45,198 bases of DNA from an uncultured Alphaproteobacteria bacterium (GCA_963840925.1 CAWJAY010000014.1:1-45198), one strand, 5' to 3'; positions 28,209 to 38,587 are shown, numbered from the stretch's first letter. Translations and numbers: made by a program. Notes: generated by a model not told the origin, from the sequence alone.

Positions 28209-28928
28209 TCAATGCCCTAGGTAGGCCTCGATCACCGCCGGGTCGCGGCGGACCTCGGCCGGCGGGCCGAAGGCAATGGTTTTGCCGGCCGCGAGCACGG
28301 TCACGGTCGCGCACAGGCGCATCACCTGGGGCATCTCGTGGCTGATCAGAAGGAAAGTCTTGCCCTGCTCGCGGTTGAGGGCCTGGACCAGCCCGGTCAG
28401 CCGCTCGATCAGGGCCGGGTTGATGCCGCCGAACGGCTCGTCGAGCAGGATCAGCTCGGGATCGAACATCAGCGTGCGCAGGAACTCGAGCAGCTTCTTC
28501 TGGCCGCCCGAGATCTCGACCGCGACCTCGTTCCTGAGCTCGGCGAGCCCGGCCAGCTCCAGTAGCTCGAGCCCGCGGCGCTCGGCCTCGCGCCGCGGCA
28601 TGCCGCTCGGGATCGTCGGCACCACCAGGTTGTCGATCAAGCTCATCTCGTTGAACACGCGCGCGACCTGGAAGGTGCGCCCGAGCCCCCGGCTCGCGAT
28701 CTCGCTGACCTTGCGGTTGGTGATCTCGCGCTGCTTGAAGACGACCCGGCCGCTGCTCGCGGTGTAGATGCCGTTGATGACGTTGAACAGCGTGGTCTTG
28801 CCGGCGCCGTTCGGGCCGATCACGCCGTGGATCTGGCCGCGCTCGACCGCGAGCGAGACCCCGTCCAGCACGACGATGCCGCCGAAGCGCTTGGCCAGCG
28901 CCTCGACCGCGAGCAGCGGCGGGCTCAC
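28209..28928 (-). CDS. branched-chain amino acid type ABC transporter ATP-binding protein (LivG-like)
   Basis: Walker A GPNGAGKTT, signature ISGGQKK, Walker B LILLDEP, and C-terminal ...VIEAYLGH. Confidence 0.8.
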   Translation of the reverse strand: MSPPLLAVEALAKRFGGIVVLDGVSLAVERGQIHGVIGPNGAGKTTLFNVINGIYTASSGRVVFKQREITNRKVSEIASRGLGRTFQVARVFNEMSLIDNLVVPTIPSGMPRREAERRGLELLELAGLAELRNEVAVEISGGQKKLLEFLRTLMFDPELILLDEPFGGINPALIERLTGLVQALNREQGKTFLLISHEMPQVMRLCATVTVLAAGKTIAFGPPAEVRRDPAVIEAYLGH

Positions 28929-28998
28929 CGGCCCGGCGGGTCCGGGGTCGCCGGGCCGGTGCGGCGGGGCAGGCCGGAGCCCACGCCGCCGCGGCGGC

Positions 28999-30333
28999 TC
29001 ACGCCTTCAGCCAGGGCGGCACCTGGAATTCGGCCGCGGCGTGCTCGCTCGGCCAGATCACCTGGGCCTTGCCGTCGATCAGCTGGACCGTCGGGAAGAA
29101 GAAACCCTCCATGAACGGCCCGACCTCGACCTCATTCGGGGCGAGCGCGTTCTCGTTCGCCTCCCGGGGGAACTTGTAGACGTTCCAGACCCCCTTGTAG
29201 GGCGTCTCGTAGATGGTCTCGACCAGCGTGTCGAAGTCGAGCTTGCCGGCCTTGTTCAGGACCTTGAGCGCCATCCGGACGTAGTCGTAGGCGATCCCGC
29301 TCGCCGCGATCCCGGGCTCGATCCCGAACCTCTCGTTGTAGCGCTTGACCCAGTCGCGCTGGAAATCGGCGATCACCTGCGGCGAATCGATCGCGATCGC
29401 GTAGTTGGAGGCCTCGCCGGTCAGCTCGTACCACTCGCTGAACCAGCCCAGCCCGTGCGCGATCAGGAGCGCCGGCAGCTTCTGCTGGTGGAACTGCTTG
29501 ACGAAGTTCGACGCGCTGACGTTGCCGGTCGAGGTCATGCCGACCAGCGATACCTGCTGCGCCTTGTACTTGGTCAGCAGCGGCGTGAACTCGGTCTCCT
29601 CGAGCGCGGTCACGTCGTAGGGCAGGACCTCGAAGCCCGCCTTGCCCAGGCTCTCGATGATCGCCTCGCCCCAGCCGCGGCCGAAGTCGGTATCCTCGAC
29701 CAGGATCGCGGCCTTCATGTTCTTCGGCTGCCAGGTGCCCGCTTCGATGAAGTGCTGGAGCGGCGGGCCGTACAGGCCGGCAAGCTTGGGCGGCGCCGGC
29801 CAGCCCTTGAACCAGCCGCGGTACTTCTGCGGATCGCTGTTGATCTTCTCCGAGATGTACTGCAACTCGCCGAGGTTGCCGAGCTGGATGATCTTGTAGG
29901 GCACCTCGGCGTCGATCAGCGCCATCGCGACCGAGGAATGCCAACCGTTGCAGATGAACTCGACGCCCTGGCGGGTGATCGCGTCGGTCACCGCCTTGAC
30001 CGCCTTCTCGGGGCTGGACTGGCTGTCGATCCAGACGATCTCGACTTCGCGCTCTTGACCATCGATCGTCAGCGGCAGGTCGCCCTCGGCCTTGCCGTCC
30101 TCGAGCGCGAGCGCGACGCCGTTCTTGATCTCGTCGCCGGTGCGGCTCGCGGGCCCGGTGAACGGCCCCAGCGAGCCGATCTTGAGCGGCCCCGCCTGGG
30201 CGCGCAGCGCCGTGGTCGCGAGCAGGAAGGCAGCGCTCGCCGCGGTCGCCGCACCCGCCCGCTCGATGAAGCCGCGCCGCGACAGCGCTGATCCGGGCAG
30301 CATCAGGCCATGGGTATCGTTGCGCCTGGTCAT
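28999..30333 (-). CDS. ABC transporter periplasmic substrate-binding protein (LivK/urea/amide-type cluster) with Tat-type leader
   Basis: Leader SRRGFIERAGAATAASAAFLLATTALRAQA and type-I periplasmic-binding-protein fold sequence. An SD GAGGGAGG lies upstream of the internal Met chosen as the start (track ORF runs to 30462). Confidence 0.8.
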   Translation of the reverse strand: MTRRNDTHGLMLPGSALSRRGFIERAGAATAASAAFLLATTALRAQAGPLKIGSLGPFTGPASRTGDEIKNGVALALEDGKAEGDLPLTIDGQEREVEIVWIDSQSSPEKAVKAVTDAITRQGVEFICNGWHSSVAMALIDAEVPYKIIQLGNLGELQYISEKINSDPQKYRGWFKGWPAPPKLAGLYGPPLQHFIEAGTWQPKNMKAAILVEDTDFGRGWGEAIIESLGKAGFEVLPYDVTALEETEFTPLLTKYKAQQVSLVGMTSTGNVSASNFVKQFHQQKLPALLIAHGLGWFSEWYELTGEASNYAIAIDSPQVIADFQRDWVKRYNERFGIEPGIAASGIAYDYVRMALKVLNKAGKLDFDTLVETIYETPYKGVWNVYKFPREANENALAPNEVEVGPFMEGFFFPTVQLIDGKAQVIWPSEHAAAEFQVPPWLKA

Positions 30334-30488
30334 GCCAGTCCTCCCTCTCCAGCAAGTGCCTCCGGTTGTCGTTGGCTGCGGCCCGCGGGCGGCGACTTCG
30401 CCCGCGCGCCGGCCGCTCTCCCCCGGACCCGCATCATGGAAGAGGCCGGCGAGCAGCGTCAACTGGCAACCGAGAGCGCCCCCGCGCT

Positions 30489-31932
30489 CTAGAAGCTGAA
30501 GCGCAGCCCCGCGGTGCCGCCGTAGCTGACGAAGTTGTCGTTGCCCTGGACGGTCACGAACTGAGCGAACGGCTGCATCCCGTTGACGAACGATGCCGAC
30601 ACCCCCAGCGCAATGTTCGCCCAGTCCCGCGCCGGCTTTTCCCGCTGAAAGGTGAAGGTCGGACTCCCGGGCGCGTCGACGAAACGGGCATCGATGTTGC
30701 GCGCATCATCGGCGTATTCGTGCACCCAGGAGACGCTCGCCTGCGGCAGCAGCACCCCGTTCGGGATCGCGATAGCGAGGGCCGCCGCGGCGCCGAGGCT
30801 GGTCTGCACCGAGGTCTGATCGAGACCCGAGTAGCGCAGCTCGGCCCCTGTGTTCCCGTCCTCGGTGAAGCTGTCGACCTGGGAATGCCCGTAGGCGAAC
30901 CCGAGGCGCGGGCCGATGGTGAAGTTGTCGATAGGGTAATCGTAACCGGCGTGGACCCTGGCCGAGTATAGATTTTCGGAATAGTCAGCTGACGTATGGC
31001 CTGGTGTGACCGGCTCGTCGGCCGTAGGGACGACCACGTTGCGATTATTGGAGTTCTCGCTCCGAGCGTAGCCGAGAACGGCGCTGACGAAGGCGCCATC
31101 GAACGGCAGGTACGTCGCGTATAGCGTCGGACTGAAAATGTTTTTGTCAAACCCGCCGCGAGTCATCATAGGTGCCGTCGAAATTCGTGTAGTTGAAGGC
31201 AATTCCGCCCAGCAGCCGCGGGTTAATCCAGTAGTCGGCGCCGGCGGTCACGCTGGGCAGCTGCGCTTCATACCCGTCCTCGAAGCGATTGTTGTGGTGG
31301 TTCAGGGCCGTGGCGCCGGCGCTGACGAACACGCTGAAGCCCTGCGCCTGGCTGATCACGATCTCGGGGGTTGCACCGGCCGCGGGCGGGAGCTGCAATT
31401 GGCCTTTGTCGGCTACGAGTTGGTCGCCGGTGTAGGAGGCACGGATGGCCCGAACTGGCCCGGGTTCCCGGCTGCGTACCTTGGATACGCGAACCGCCTG
31501 CAGGCGACGTTCGACCGCCAAACCGCCTTCGGCTTGCGGCGTCACGGCAGCCGGCGCTGCCGAAACCACTCCCGCTGGCATATTCTGGCTCAACTGAAAG
31601 GCGAGGCGATCTAGATTCGAACCCGGGGTTATCCAGCAGCCCGCCTGACCGCTTGGTTTGCTATTGCAGGGGCCCAGAAAATTCAGGCGGATCGCGTCTA
31701 ACGTATTGAACGAGGCCTCGTCGAAGGGCTGAGCAGCAGTTGCCTGCGGCAGCCCGATGGCCACCAACGCCGGAACCGAAAACAGACTGACCAGTGACGC
31801 CAACGACCTCAACTTCGCCTCGGTCCCGATCGCGGCATTTCCAAGCTCGCCGTTCGATTGCTCGCGCGGCACTGTCCGATCCGCATGTACCTCACCTGAC
31901 ATGGCTCCCTCCCATCCTGCTCTAGTAGCCAT
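30489..31932 (-). CDS. autotransporter-type outer-membrane beta-barrel protein with a very small passenger (frameshift near 31150-31200 as sequenced)
   Basis: N-terminal part (track ORF 31147-31932) has a long N-extension plus signal (KLRSLASLVSLFSVPALVAIGLPQATAA) and the start of an AT beta-domain (GFSVFVSAGATALN...GADYWINPRLLGGIAFNYTNF). The C-terminal part (30489-31202) ends ...GGTAGLRFSF, the aromatic C-terminal signature of OM beta-barrels. Confidence 0.6.
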
Positions 31933-31941
31933 TGGCAGCGA

Positions 31942-33290
31942 TCAGCAGGGTGCAGGCTCGCCGTCCTGCGTCGCCTGCAGCCGTTGCTCGACCCAGATGC
32001 TGCGCTCTCGCCACTCCTCGCTGTCGGGCTGAAGATCGGCAAGCGCCAGGACGACGGTCTTGGCTTCACAGTAGCTGCGCTGCGCCTCAGCCCGCCTTCC
32101 ATTGCGTTCCTGTGAGAGCCCCAGGTCCGAGTAGCGGCCAGCAGGTTCCCTTGCGTTTCGACGTCGGACGGCTCGGCCCTGGCCAGCGCTTCGACCATCC
32201 TCAGCGCGGCCTCGTAAGCCGCTAGTGCCTCGTCGGATCGGCCCTCGCGCATCCAGCACATGGGCTACATCGCGATGGGCGATCGCCAGCTCCTCCTGCC
32301 ACTGCGCGATCGGCTGGCTCGTCGTCGGCAAGCCGCTGCGCGATCGCGAGCGAAGCCTCAGCTCGACCAGCGCCTCCTGCCATCGCGCTTGCTTGCGCAA
32401 GACGTCGCCCACTCGTTGCATGGCTGAGCGACAGGTCCCGCTGCGCCTGAGCGTTGGTGAGGTCGGCAGCCGCCAGGGTCGTGCGCACGTCCAAAGCCTC
32501 GCGATATTCCGCGAGCGCCGCGTCCCTCTGTCCTTGCGCTTCGAACACGTCCCCAAGGTGGTCGTGCTGCACGCTCAACTCGCTCTGCGCCAAGGCGCTT
32601 GTCGGATCGGCCGCCGCCAGCGACTCGGCAATGGCGAGCGCAGCCTCGAAGCTGCGCTGCGCGGCGTCGAGCTTACCTTGCTCCAAATGGATGTTGCCGA
32701 TCAATTCTTGGGTTTTGAACACATCCCTTTGCAGGCCGGGCTTGTCGGCCCGATCGTCGACCGCAAGCGGCTCGATGATGGCGAGAGAGGCCTCGTATTT
32801 GACAAGCGCGGGATCGTATTTGCCCTGCCGCTCGAGAGCGTCGCCGAGCTTCGCCAGGCTGACCGAGAGGTCCCGCTGCGCCTGCACATTCGTGGGCTCT
32901 GCGGCGGCAAGACGCTCGGCAGTGGCGAGTGCTTCGCCGTAGAGGGTTTCGGCCGCCGTGCCGTTTCTCTGCTTCAGGAGGATGTCGCCGACTCGCTGCT
33001 TGCCCATCAGGAGATCCCGCTGCGCCTGCGGGTCGGACGGTGTGGCGGCGATAAGACGCTCCTCGATCGCCACCGCTGCGCGAAAGGCGTCGAGTGCCGG
33101 TCCCCAGTGGCCCTGCCGGCGCAGCATGTCGCCGACGTTGATGTTGCTGAGCGCGATCTCCCGCTGCCAGCGAGAGTTGCCGGGATCGCCCGCACGCCAG
33201 CCCTTCGCGAATCGCCAGCGCGGCGCGATAGCCGGCGAGGGCATCGTCCACCCGCCATTTCGATGGCATCGGCGTCGGCGATGAGGTCAT
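31942..33290 (-). CDS. TPR-repeat region (~450 codons spread over three frames). Most likely the C-terminal part of the TIR-TM protein upstream, multiply frameshifted.
   Basis: Repeated TPR-like units (...WQRDLSVSLAKLGDALERQGKYDPALVKYEASLAIIEPLA..., ...AQRDLSLSHA..., ...DEALAAYEAALRMVEALARAEPSDVETQ...) occur in track ORFs 32222-33244, 32673-33290, 31942-32556 and 31809-32261. Confidence 0.5.
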
Positions 33291-33479
33291 TGCTCAGCGC
33301 CAGCTGCGCGCGCCATTCGGGATCGGACGGCTCCTCTTTGCTGACCGCTGTCCAGCTCGCTGCGTGCCTGCTCGGCGGTTACCCGCTGCTGCTCGATATC
33401 GCCGACCTTCCCTTCGTGGTCGGCGCGCACCAGGAGCAGCACCGCCTGCTGGCCGCGCAGGCGCGCCGGAGGGGCCGGC

Positions 33480-34412
33480 TCACTCCAGGGTCGCCATGGC
33501 GCTTCGGCACGCCACGGCAGCCACGGCGCCTGGGCAGTTTCGCCAATACAGTCCATCGAACGCCCTTGTGGCGCGACGGAGCAGATCATCGATCGCCTCG
33601 CGGGACACTCCTTGCTGATCGGCGACGCGAACTGCCCCGCTCACCTGATCGGTCGAGATCTTGATCGCCTGGGCGAGGAGGCCTTCGGAGTACTGGGCAT
33701 AGCGCCAGGCCATCCAGCCGCCGGCCGTCGCGAGCACCGCCAGCAGCAGCATCGCGGCTCCGATCCCCTGCCACATCCGGGCGCGCCGACGAGCGGCGAT
33801 CAGCTCGCGCTGGCGCAGCGCGTTGAACGGCACGCCGAGCACGCCCGCGATCAGCTTGAGCTTGGCGTTGTCCTTGCCGTCGGCCTCCGGGCGCAGATCG
33901 GCGGCGATCGGCTCGGCCGGCTGGTCGGTACGGCGGCCATCGGCATCGAGCTGGAAGCGCAGCGCCCGCGGAAAGCATTCGCGCTCCGCCGTCGCGGCGT
34001 GCGGCTCGCCGTCGACGATCAGCGGCAGGATGCGGTCGGCCCGGCCCAGCCGCTTGAACTCGGTGATCTCCTGGTCGACCCAGCGGCTCTGCGCCGCTGC
34101 CGGGCTGCAGACGACGATCAGATGCGCCGATTGCGCCAGCGCCTCGCGCAGCACGACCGGCAGATCGGCCGACGCCGCGAGCTCGTCCCGGTCGCGGAAC
34201 ACCGGGGAAATCTTGCTCGGGATCGGACCGTTGCGGCCCGGCTGGCCGACGAGCGGCTTGGGCACGCGATAGCTTTCGATGCCCTTGTGCAGCCAGCTTG
34301 CCCAACGTTGGTCGCGGTGGCTGTAGCTGATGAAAACCGGGTACTTGCAACCCGCGGCTACGCTCGTCGCTGCCATCTGCTCCAAACCCTCGATCGGCTT
34401 AAAATCGCGCAA
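33480..34412 (-). CDS. TIR-domain protein with a following transmembrane helix. N-terminal part of a TIR-TM-TPR protein.
   Basis: KYPVFISYSHRDQRWASWLHKGIESY...VFRDRDEL...LIVVCSPAAAQSRWVDQEI is a canonical bacterial TIR domain. A TM helix follows (MWQGIGAAMLLLAVLATAGGWMAW), then a linker. Confidence 0.7.
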   Translation of the reverse strand: MRDFKPIEGLEQMAATSVAAGCKYPVFISYSHRDQRWASWLHKGIESYRVPKPLVGQPGRNGPIPSKISPVFRDRDELAASADLPVVLREALAQSAHLIVVCSPAAAQSRWVDQEITEFKRLGRADRILPLIVDGEPHAATAERECFPRALRFQLDADGRRTDQPAEPIAADLRPEADGKDNAKLKLIAGVLGVPFNALRQRELIAARRRARMWQGIGAAMLLLAVLATAGGWMAWRYAQYSEGLLAQAIKISTDQVSGAVRVADQQGVSREAIDDLLRRATRAFDGLYWRNCPGAVAAVACRSAMATLE

Positions 34413-34713
34413 ATTCTACCCTAGCTACTCCTGCTCGGCAAGAAGGTGCGGGGGGCGACCGCTGCGCCGTTGACCCGATCGGGATCGGCTCCTAGAGCTT
34501 GACCGATGGCGACCGGCGGCCGGACCGGCGTGAGCCAACCATCAATAGCGCTGCCGGAAGCTACCCGGATCAGGCCGGCGATCCGTGCAGGCCAATGCGT
34601 GGCGGGGCCGCGCCCGGAGCCTCCGGCAGTGAACGCGAAGGTCGGGCGATGAACGGTCGCGGCCCCGGGAGTGCGGATCGACGACTTCGGGCGGCTTGGG
34701 TCGCGGCCGCGCG

Positions 34714-35424
34714 ATGAGCCTCGAAGCCCGGGGCATCGTTGCCGGCTACACGCGCGAGGTGCCGATCCTCAAGGGCGTGAACGTGGTCGCGCAGGACGGG
34801 CTCGTGACCGTGATCATCGGCCCGAACGGCGCCGGCAAGTCGACGCTGCTGCGCACGATCTACGGCTATCTGCACCCGAGCGCCGGCGACGTCCTGCACG
34901 ATGGCCGATCGATCAAAGGGCTGGCGCCGGCGGCGATGCTGCGCGCGGGGATCGCCTACCTGCTCCAGGGCCACAGCGTCTTTCCGGCGATGACGGTCGA
35001 GGAGAACCTCGAGCTCGGCGGCTGGATCCAAAAGGGCGATCGGGCGGCGCTCGGGCGCGCGTTCGAGGCCGTCTACGCCCGCTTTCCGGAGCTCAAGGAG
35101 CGCCGCCGGCAGCCCGCAGGCGCGCTCTCCGGCGGCCAGCAGCGGATGCTCGAGATCGCGCGCCTGACCATGACCGGGCCCAGGACGCTGCTGCTCGATG
35201 AGCCCTCGGTCGGCCTGATGCCGAAGCTGGTCGACCTCGTCTACGCCGAGATCGCCAAGCTGAAGCAGGAGAAGTTCACGATCGTGGTCGTCGACCAGAA
35301 CGTCAAGAAGTCGATCGAGATCGCCGACTATGTCTACGTCCTCAATCTCGGCGAGAACAGCCATCACGGGCCGCAGCAGGACTTCACGGCGCGGCTCGAG
35401 GAGATCATTCGGGAATGGCTGTGA
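34714..35424 (+). CDS. branched-chain amino acid type ABC transporter ATP-binding protein (LivF-like)
   Basis: Walker A GPNGAGKST, LSGGQQRML, LLLDEP, and a short C-terminus typical of LivF. The start was taken at the Met of MSLEARGIVAG (track ORF begins at 34696 with a non-ATG codon). Confidence 0.8.
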   Translation: MSLEARGIVAGYTREVPILKGVNVVAQDGLVTVIIGPNGAGKSTLLRTIYGYLHPSAGDVLHDGRSIKGLAPAAMLRAGIAYLLQGHSVFPAMTVEENLELGGWIQKGDRAALGRAFEAVYARFPELKERRRQPAGALSGGQQRMLEIARLTMTGPRTLLLDEPSVGLMPKLVDLVYAEIAKLKQEKFTIVVVDQNVKKSIEIADYVYVLNLGENSHHGPQQDFTARLEEIIREWL

Positions 35425-36332
35425 TGGTCGATCTCAACATCCTGACCGACCCGGCCGTGCTGTCCGAGCTGATCTTCCAGGGGCTGGTGCGGGGGGCGAT
35501 GTACGCGCTGATGGGGATCGGCCTGTCGCTGATCTTCGGCATCCTCGGGATCGTCAACTTCGCCCACGGCGAGCTGTTCATGCTCGGCGCCTACGTCATG
35601 TACTTCGTCGCCGCCACGCTCGGCCTGCCGTTCATCGCCGGGGTCGCGGCCGCCGGCGTCGCGCTGTTCGTGGCCGGGGTCGTGATCGAGCGCGGCCTGG
35701 TCGAGCCGCTCCGCCGGCGCGCCGGCCGTGACTGGCTGCTCAATTCCTTCGTGCTGACCATCGGGCTGATGGTGATCCTGCAGAACCTGGCCCAGATCGG
35801 GTTCGGCAGCCAGCGCCGGGGCGTGACGACGCTGATCGCAGGCAGCGTCACGCTCGGCGAGGTCACGATCACCTATGAGCGGCTAGTGATCCTGGCGCTC
35901 GCCTGCGTCGTGGTCGGCCTGCTCGCCGCCTACGTCAAGTTCACCCGCACCGGCAAGGCGATCCGGGCGACCGCCCAGCACCCGGAGGCGGCGCAGACGC
36001 TCGGCATCGACATCAACCGGATTTACACAATCGCGTTCGGAATCGGGGCGGCGCTGGCCGGCATGGCCGGCGCGATGCTGATCTCGATTTTTCCGGCTTA
36101 TCCGACGGTCGGCGCCCAGCCGGTGCTGAAAAGCTTCGCGGTCGTGATCCTGGGCGGGCTAGGCAACATCCCGGGCGCGATTGCCGCGGGCTTTCTGCTC
36201 GGAATCGTCGAGGCTTACGCGTTCTTCTTCATGTCGGCCGGGTGGCAGAGCGTGATCACGCCGATCATCATCGTGCTGGTCCTGATCTTCCGGCCGCAGG
36301 GCCTGTTCACGGCCCAGAGCGAGCGGCCGTGA
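35415..36332 (+). CDS. branched-chain amino acid ABC transporter permease (LivH-like)
   Basis: 305-aa polytopic membrane protein with the LivH-type N-terminus ...GLVRGAMYALMGIGLSLIFG. Overlaps the upstream ATPase stop. Confidence 0.8.
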   Translation: MAVMVDLNILTDPAVLSELIFQGLVRGAMYALMGIGLSLIFGILGIVNFAHGELFMLGAYVMYFVAATLGLPFIAGVAAAGVALFVAGVVIERGLVEPLRRRAGRDWLLNSFVLTIGLMVILQNLAQIGFGSQRRGVTTLIAGSVTLGEVTITYERLVILALACVVVGLLAAYVKFTRTGKAIRATAQHPEAAQTLGIDINRIYTIAFGIGAALAGMAGAMLISIFPAYPTVGAQPVLKSFAVVILGGLGNIPGAIAAGFLLGIVEAYAFFFMSAGWQSVITPIIIVLVLIFRPQGLFTAQSERP

Positions 36333-37297
36333 CTGCGCTCGCCGCCGGCACTCCCGGGTCGATCACCCCGATCCGCGCGCTCAAGATCGCAGCGCTGCTC
36401 GCCCTGCTGATCCTGGCGCCGCCGTTTGCCGATCATCCCTACATCACGACGATCTTCATCTCGGCGCTGATGTTCGGCATCCTGGGCGCGATCTACGATC
36501 TGATGATCGGCTTCGCCGGCCTTGCCAACTTCGGCTACGCCGGGTTCATCGCGGCCGGCGCCTACGGCTCGGCGCTGGCGTCGTTCCACTACGGCATCAG
36601 CCCCTGGTTCGGGCTGCTGATCGGCGGCCTCTGCGGCGGGCTGATGGGCTTGTTCACGGGGCTGATCACGCTCCGCCTCAAGGGCCTCTATCTCGGGCTC
36701 ACGACCTGGTTCATCGCCGAGGCGCTGCGCTTCACGATCGCCAACACGCCCGAGTACACGCGCGGCATGCTCGGCCTCGCGGTGGCGCCGTTCCCGAACC
36801 TGTTCGGCATCGACTTCTCGCGCGGTCAGCTGCTCCACTACTATTATCTGCTGCTCGTGCTGGGTGCGGTGATCCTGATCGCGATGCAACTGCTGGTCAG
36901 CTCCAGGATCGGGCTCGCGTTCAGGGCGATCCGCGAGGACCAGCTGGCGACCGAGAGCCTGGGCCTCAACACCACCAGGTACAAGCTGATCAACTTCACC
37001 GTCGCCTGCTGCTGCACCGGCGTGATCGGCTCGTTCTACGCCCACTACCTCGGCATCCTGTCGCCGACCCCCGAGGAATTCGGCGTGCCGCGCACGGTCG
37101 AGGTCCTGACGATTGCCTACGTCGGCGGCCGCGGCACGCTCTGGGGCGCCTTGTTCGCGGCCTTCCTCTTGATCGGCTTCCAGGAATATTTCCGCGAGCT
37201 CGAGGCCTGGCGGCTGGTGATGTTCGGCACGCTGTTGATCCTGGTCATGATGTTCGCGCCCAAAGGCCTCGCCGGGCTCAGGAAATATTTGTGGTAG
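36329..37297 (+). CDS. branched-chain amino acid ABC transporter permease (LivM-like), GTG start overlapping the LivH stop
   Basis: Polytopic membrane protein with the LivM-type core (GYAGFIAAGAYG...). The upstream part of track ORF 36242-37297 overlaps livH out of frame, so a GTG at ~36329 is the likely start. Confidence 0.7.
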   Translation: MTALAAGTPGSITPIRALKIAALLALLILAPPFADHPYITTIFISALMFGILGAIYDLMIGFAGLANFGYAGFIAAGAYGSALASFHYGISPWFGLLIGGLCGGLMGLFTGLITLRLKGLYLGLTTWFIAEALRFTIANTPEYTRGMLGLAVAPFPNLFGIDFSRGQLLHYYYLLLVLGAVILIAMQLLVSSRIGLAFRAIREDQLATESLGLNTTRYKLINFTVACCCTGVIGSFYAHYLGILSPTPEEFGVPRTVEVLTIAYVGGRGTLWGALFAAFLLIGFQEYFRELEAWRLVMFGTLLILVMMFAPKGLAGLRKYLW

Positions 37298-37312
37298 ATG
37301 AAGGGTTTCAGC

Positions 37313-38191
37313 TTACCAGCTGGCGTCCTCCTCGAAGCGGAAGGCATCGCCCGCCCGGCGGATGCGCCCGACCGACGGCAGCGGAAAGTGGGCGGTGCAG
37401 ATCAGCGTCTCGGTCTCGCAGTAGCGCTCGAAGAAGGCGCGCCGGGTGCGCTTGGCCAGATCCGGGTCCCAGTCCGGCCAGGCGGTCCATTCCGGGCGCA
37501 GAAGCTGGATCGGCGAGTGCATGACGTCGCCGCACATGACCGCGCGCTCGCCCTTTGAAGCCAGGCAGATTGCGACGTGGCCCAGCGTGTGGCCCGGGGT
37601 CGGCTCGAGCGTGATCTGGTCGTCGAGCGCGAAGTCGTCGCCCACGACCTCGGCCTGCCCGGCCGCGATCACCGGCAGCACGCTGTCCTCGAGGGCGGCG
37701 CGCGAGAATTTCGGGTGGCCCTGCTGCCAGGAGTCGAGCTCGGTCTTCGAGAACACGTAGCGCGCGTTGGGGAAGGTCGGGACCCAGCGGCCGTCGACGA
37801 GCCGCGTGTTCCAGCCGACGTGGTCGACGTGCAGGTGGGTGCACAGGACGTAGTCGATCGCCTCGGGTGCCACCTCGAGCGCGGCGAGCGCGCGCATGTA
37901 GGTATCGTCGGACTTCTGGTGCCAGAAGGGTCGGTTGGGCCGTTCCTTGTGGTTGCCGACGCAGGAGTCGATCAGGATCGTGTGATGGGCCGTGCGCAGC
38001 AGGTAGCTCTGGACCGGGAACAGCAGCGCGCCGGTCGTGCTGTCCATGGCCCTGGGCTTGAGCCAGCTCTCGTGCGGCGCCCAGTCGGCCCGCGTGGTCT
38101 CGGGAAAGAACACCAGCGGGTCGAATGGCGAGACGATCTCAAGCGCGCTGGCGATCGCGACGTCACCGATGCGCCTGCCTTGCAATGCCAT
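37313..38191 (-). CDS. MBL-fold metallo-hydrolase (N-acyl homoserine lactonase-like family)
   Basis: HxHxDH motif CTHLHVDHVGW, with downstream His/Asp ligands (TPGHTLGH, CGD). Confidence 0.75.
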   Translation of the reverse strand: MALQGRRIGDVAIASALEIVSPFDPLVFFPETTRADWAPHESWLKPRAMDSTTGALLFPVQSYLLRTAHHTILIDSCVGNHKERPNRPFWHQKSDDTYMRALAALEVAPEAIDYVLCTHLHVDHVGWNTRLVDGRWVPTFPNARYVFSKTELDSWQQGHPKFSRAALEDSVLPVIAAGQAEVVGDDFALDDQITLEPTPGHTLGHVAICLASKGERAVMCGDVMHSPIQLLRPEWTAWPDWDPDLAKRTRRAFFERYCETETLICTAHFPLPSVGRIRRAGDAFRFEEDASW

Positions 38192-38378
38192 TGTAGCCTC
38201 CTCCCTTCAGCTTCCAAGCCACCTCCTCGATAACCCCTTCGGCGAAGGCCGGTGCCTCCGATGGTCGATCCTCGTCTGCGATCGGCTGGCCCGAGGAACC
38301 GCCGGGCCTTACGCCCGTTGTCGAGGAGCGCCCGACCGTGCCGTGATAACTTCTGGCGGGCAACATTGGGGGACGCTG

Positions 38379-38558
38379 ATGCTCACTAAACCGCCGTTCA
38401 AGCGGACCTGTGTCGAATGCAACCGAAATTTCTCGACCGACCGGCCGCACGCCCGGTACTGCTCGTCGGATTGCCGGCGGGCACGTTTCGAGAGTCGCCG
38501 CGGCGGCGCGCGCACACCGGCCCCGATCGCGAAGCCAAGCCGCCCGCGCCCGAGCTAG
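38379..38558 (+). CDS. small zinc-ribbon protein (59 aa), hypothetical
   Basis: MLTKPPFKRTCVECNRNFSTDRPHARYCSSDCRRARFESRRGG, i.e. CxxC...CxxC followed by a basic tail. An SD-like GGGGGA lies upstream. It is the internal Met of track ORF 38037-38558. Confidence 0.3.
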   Translation: MLTKPPFKRTCVECNRNFSTDRPHARYCSSDCRRARFESRRGGARTPAPIAKPSRPRPS

Positions 38559-38587
38559 TGTCGGCGGGCGCGGGCCGGTTCGGCGCC

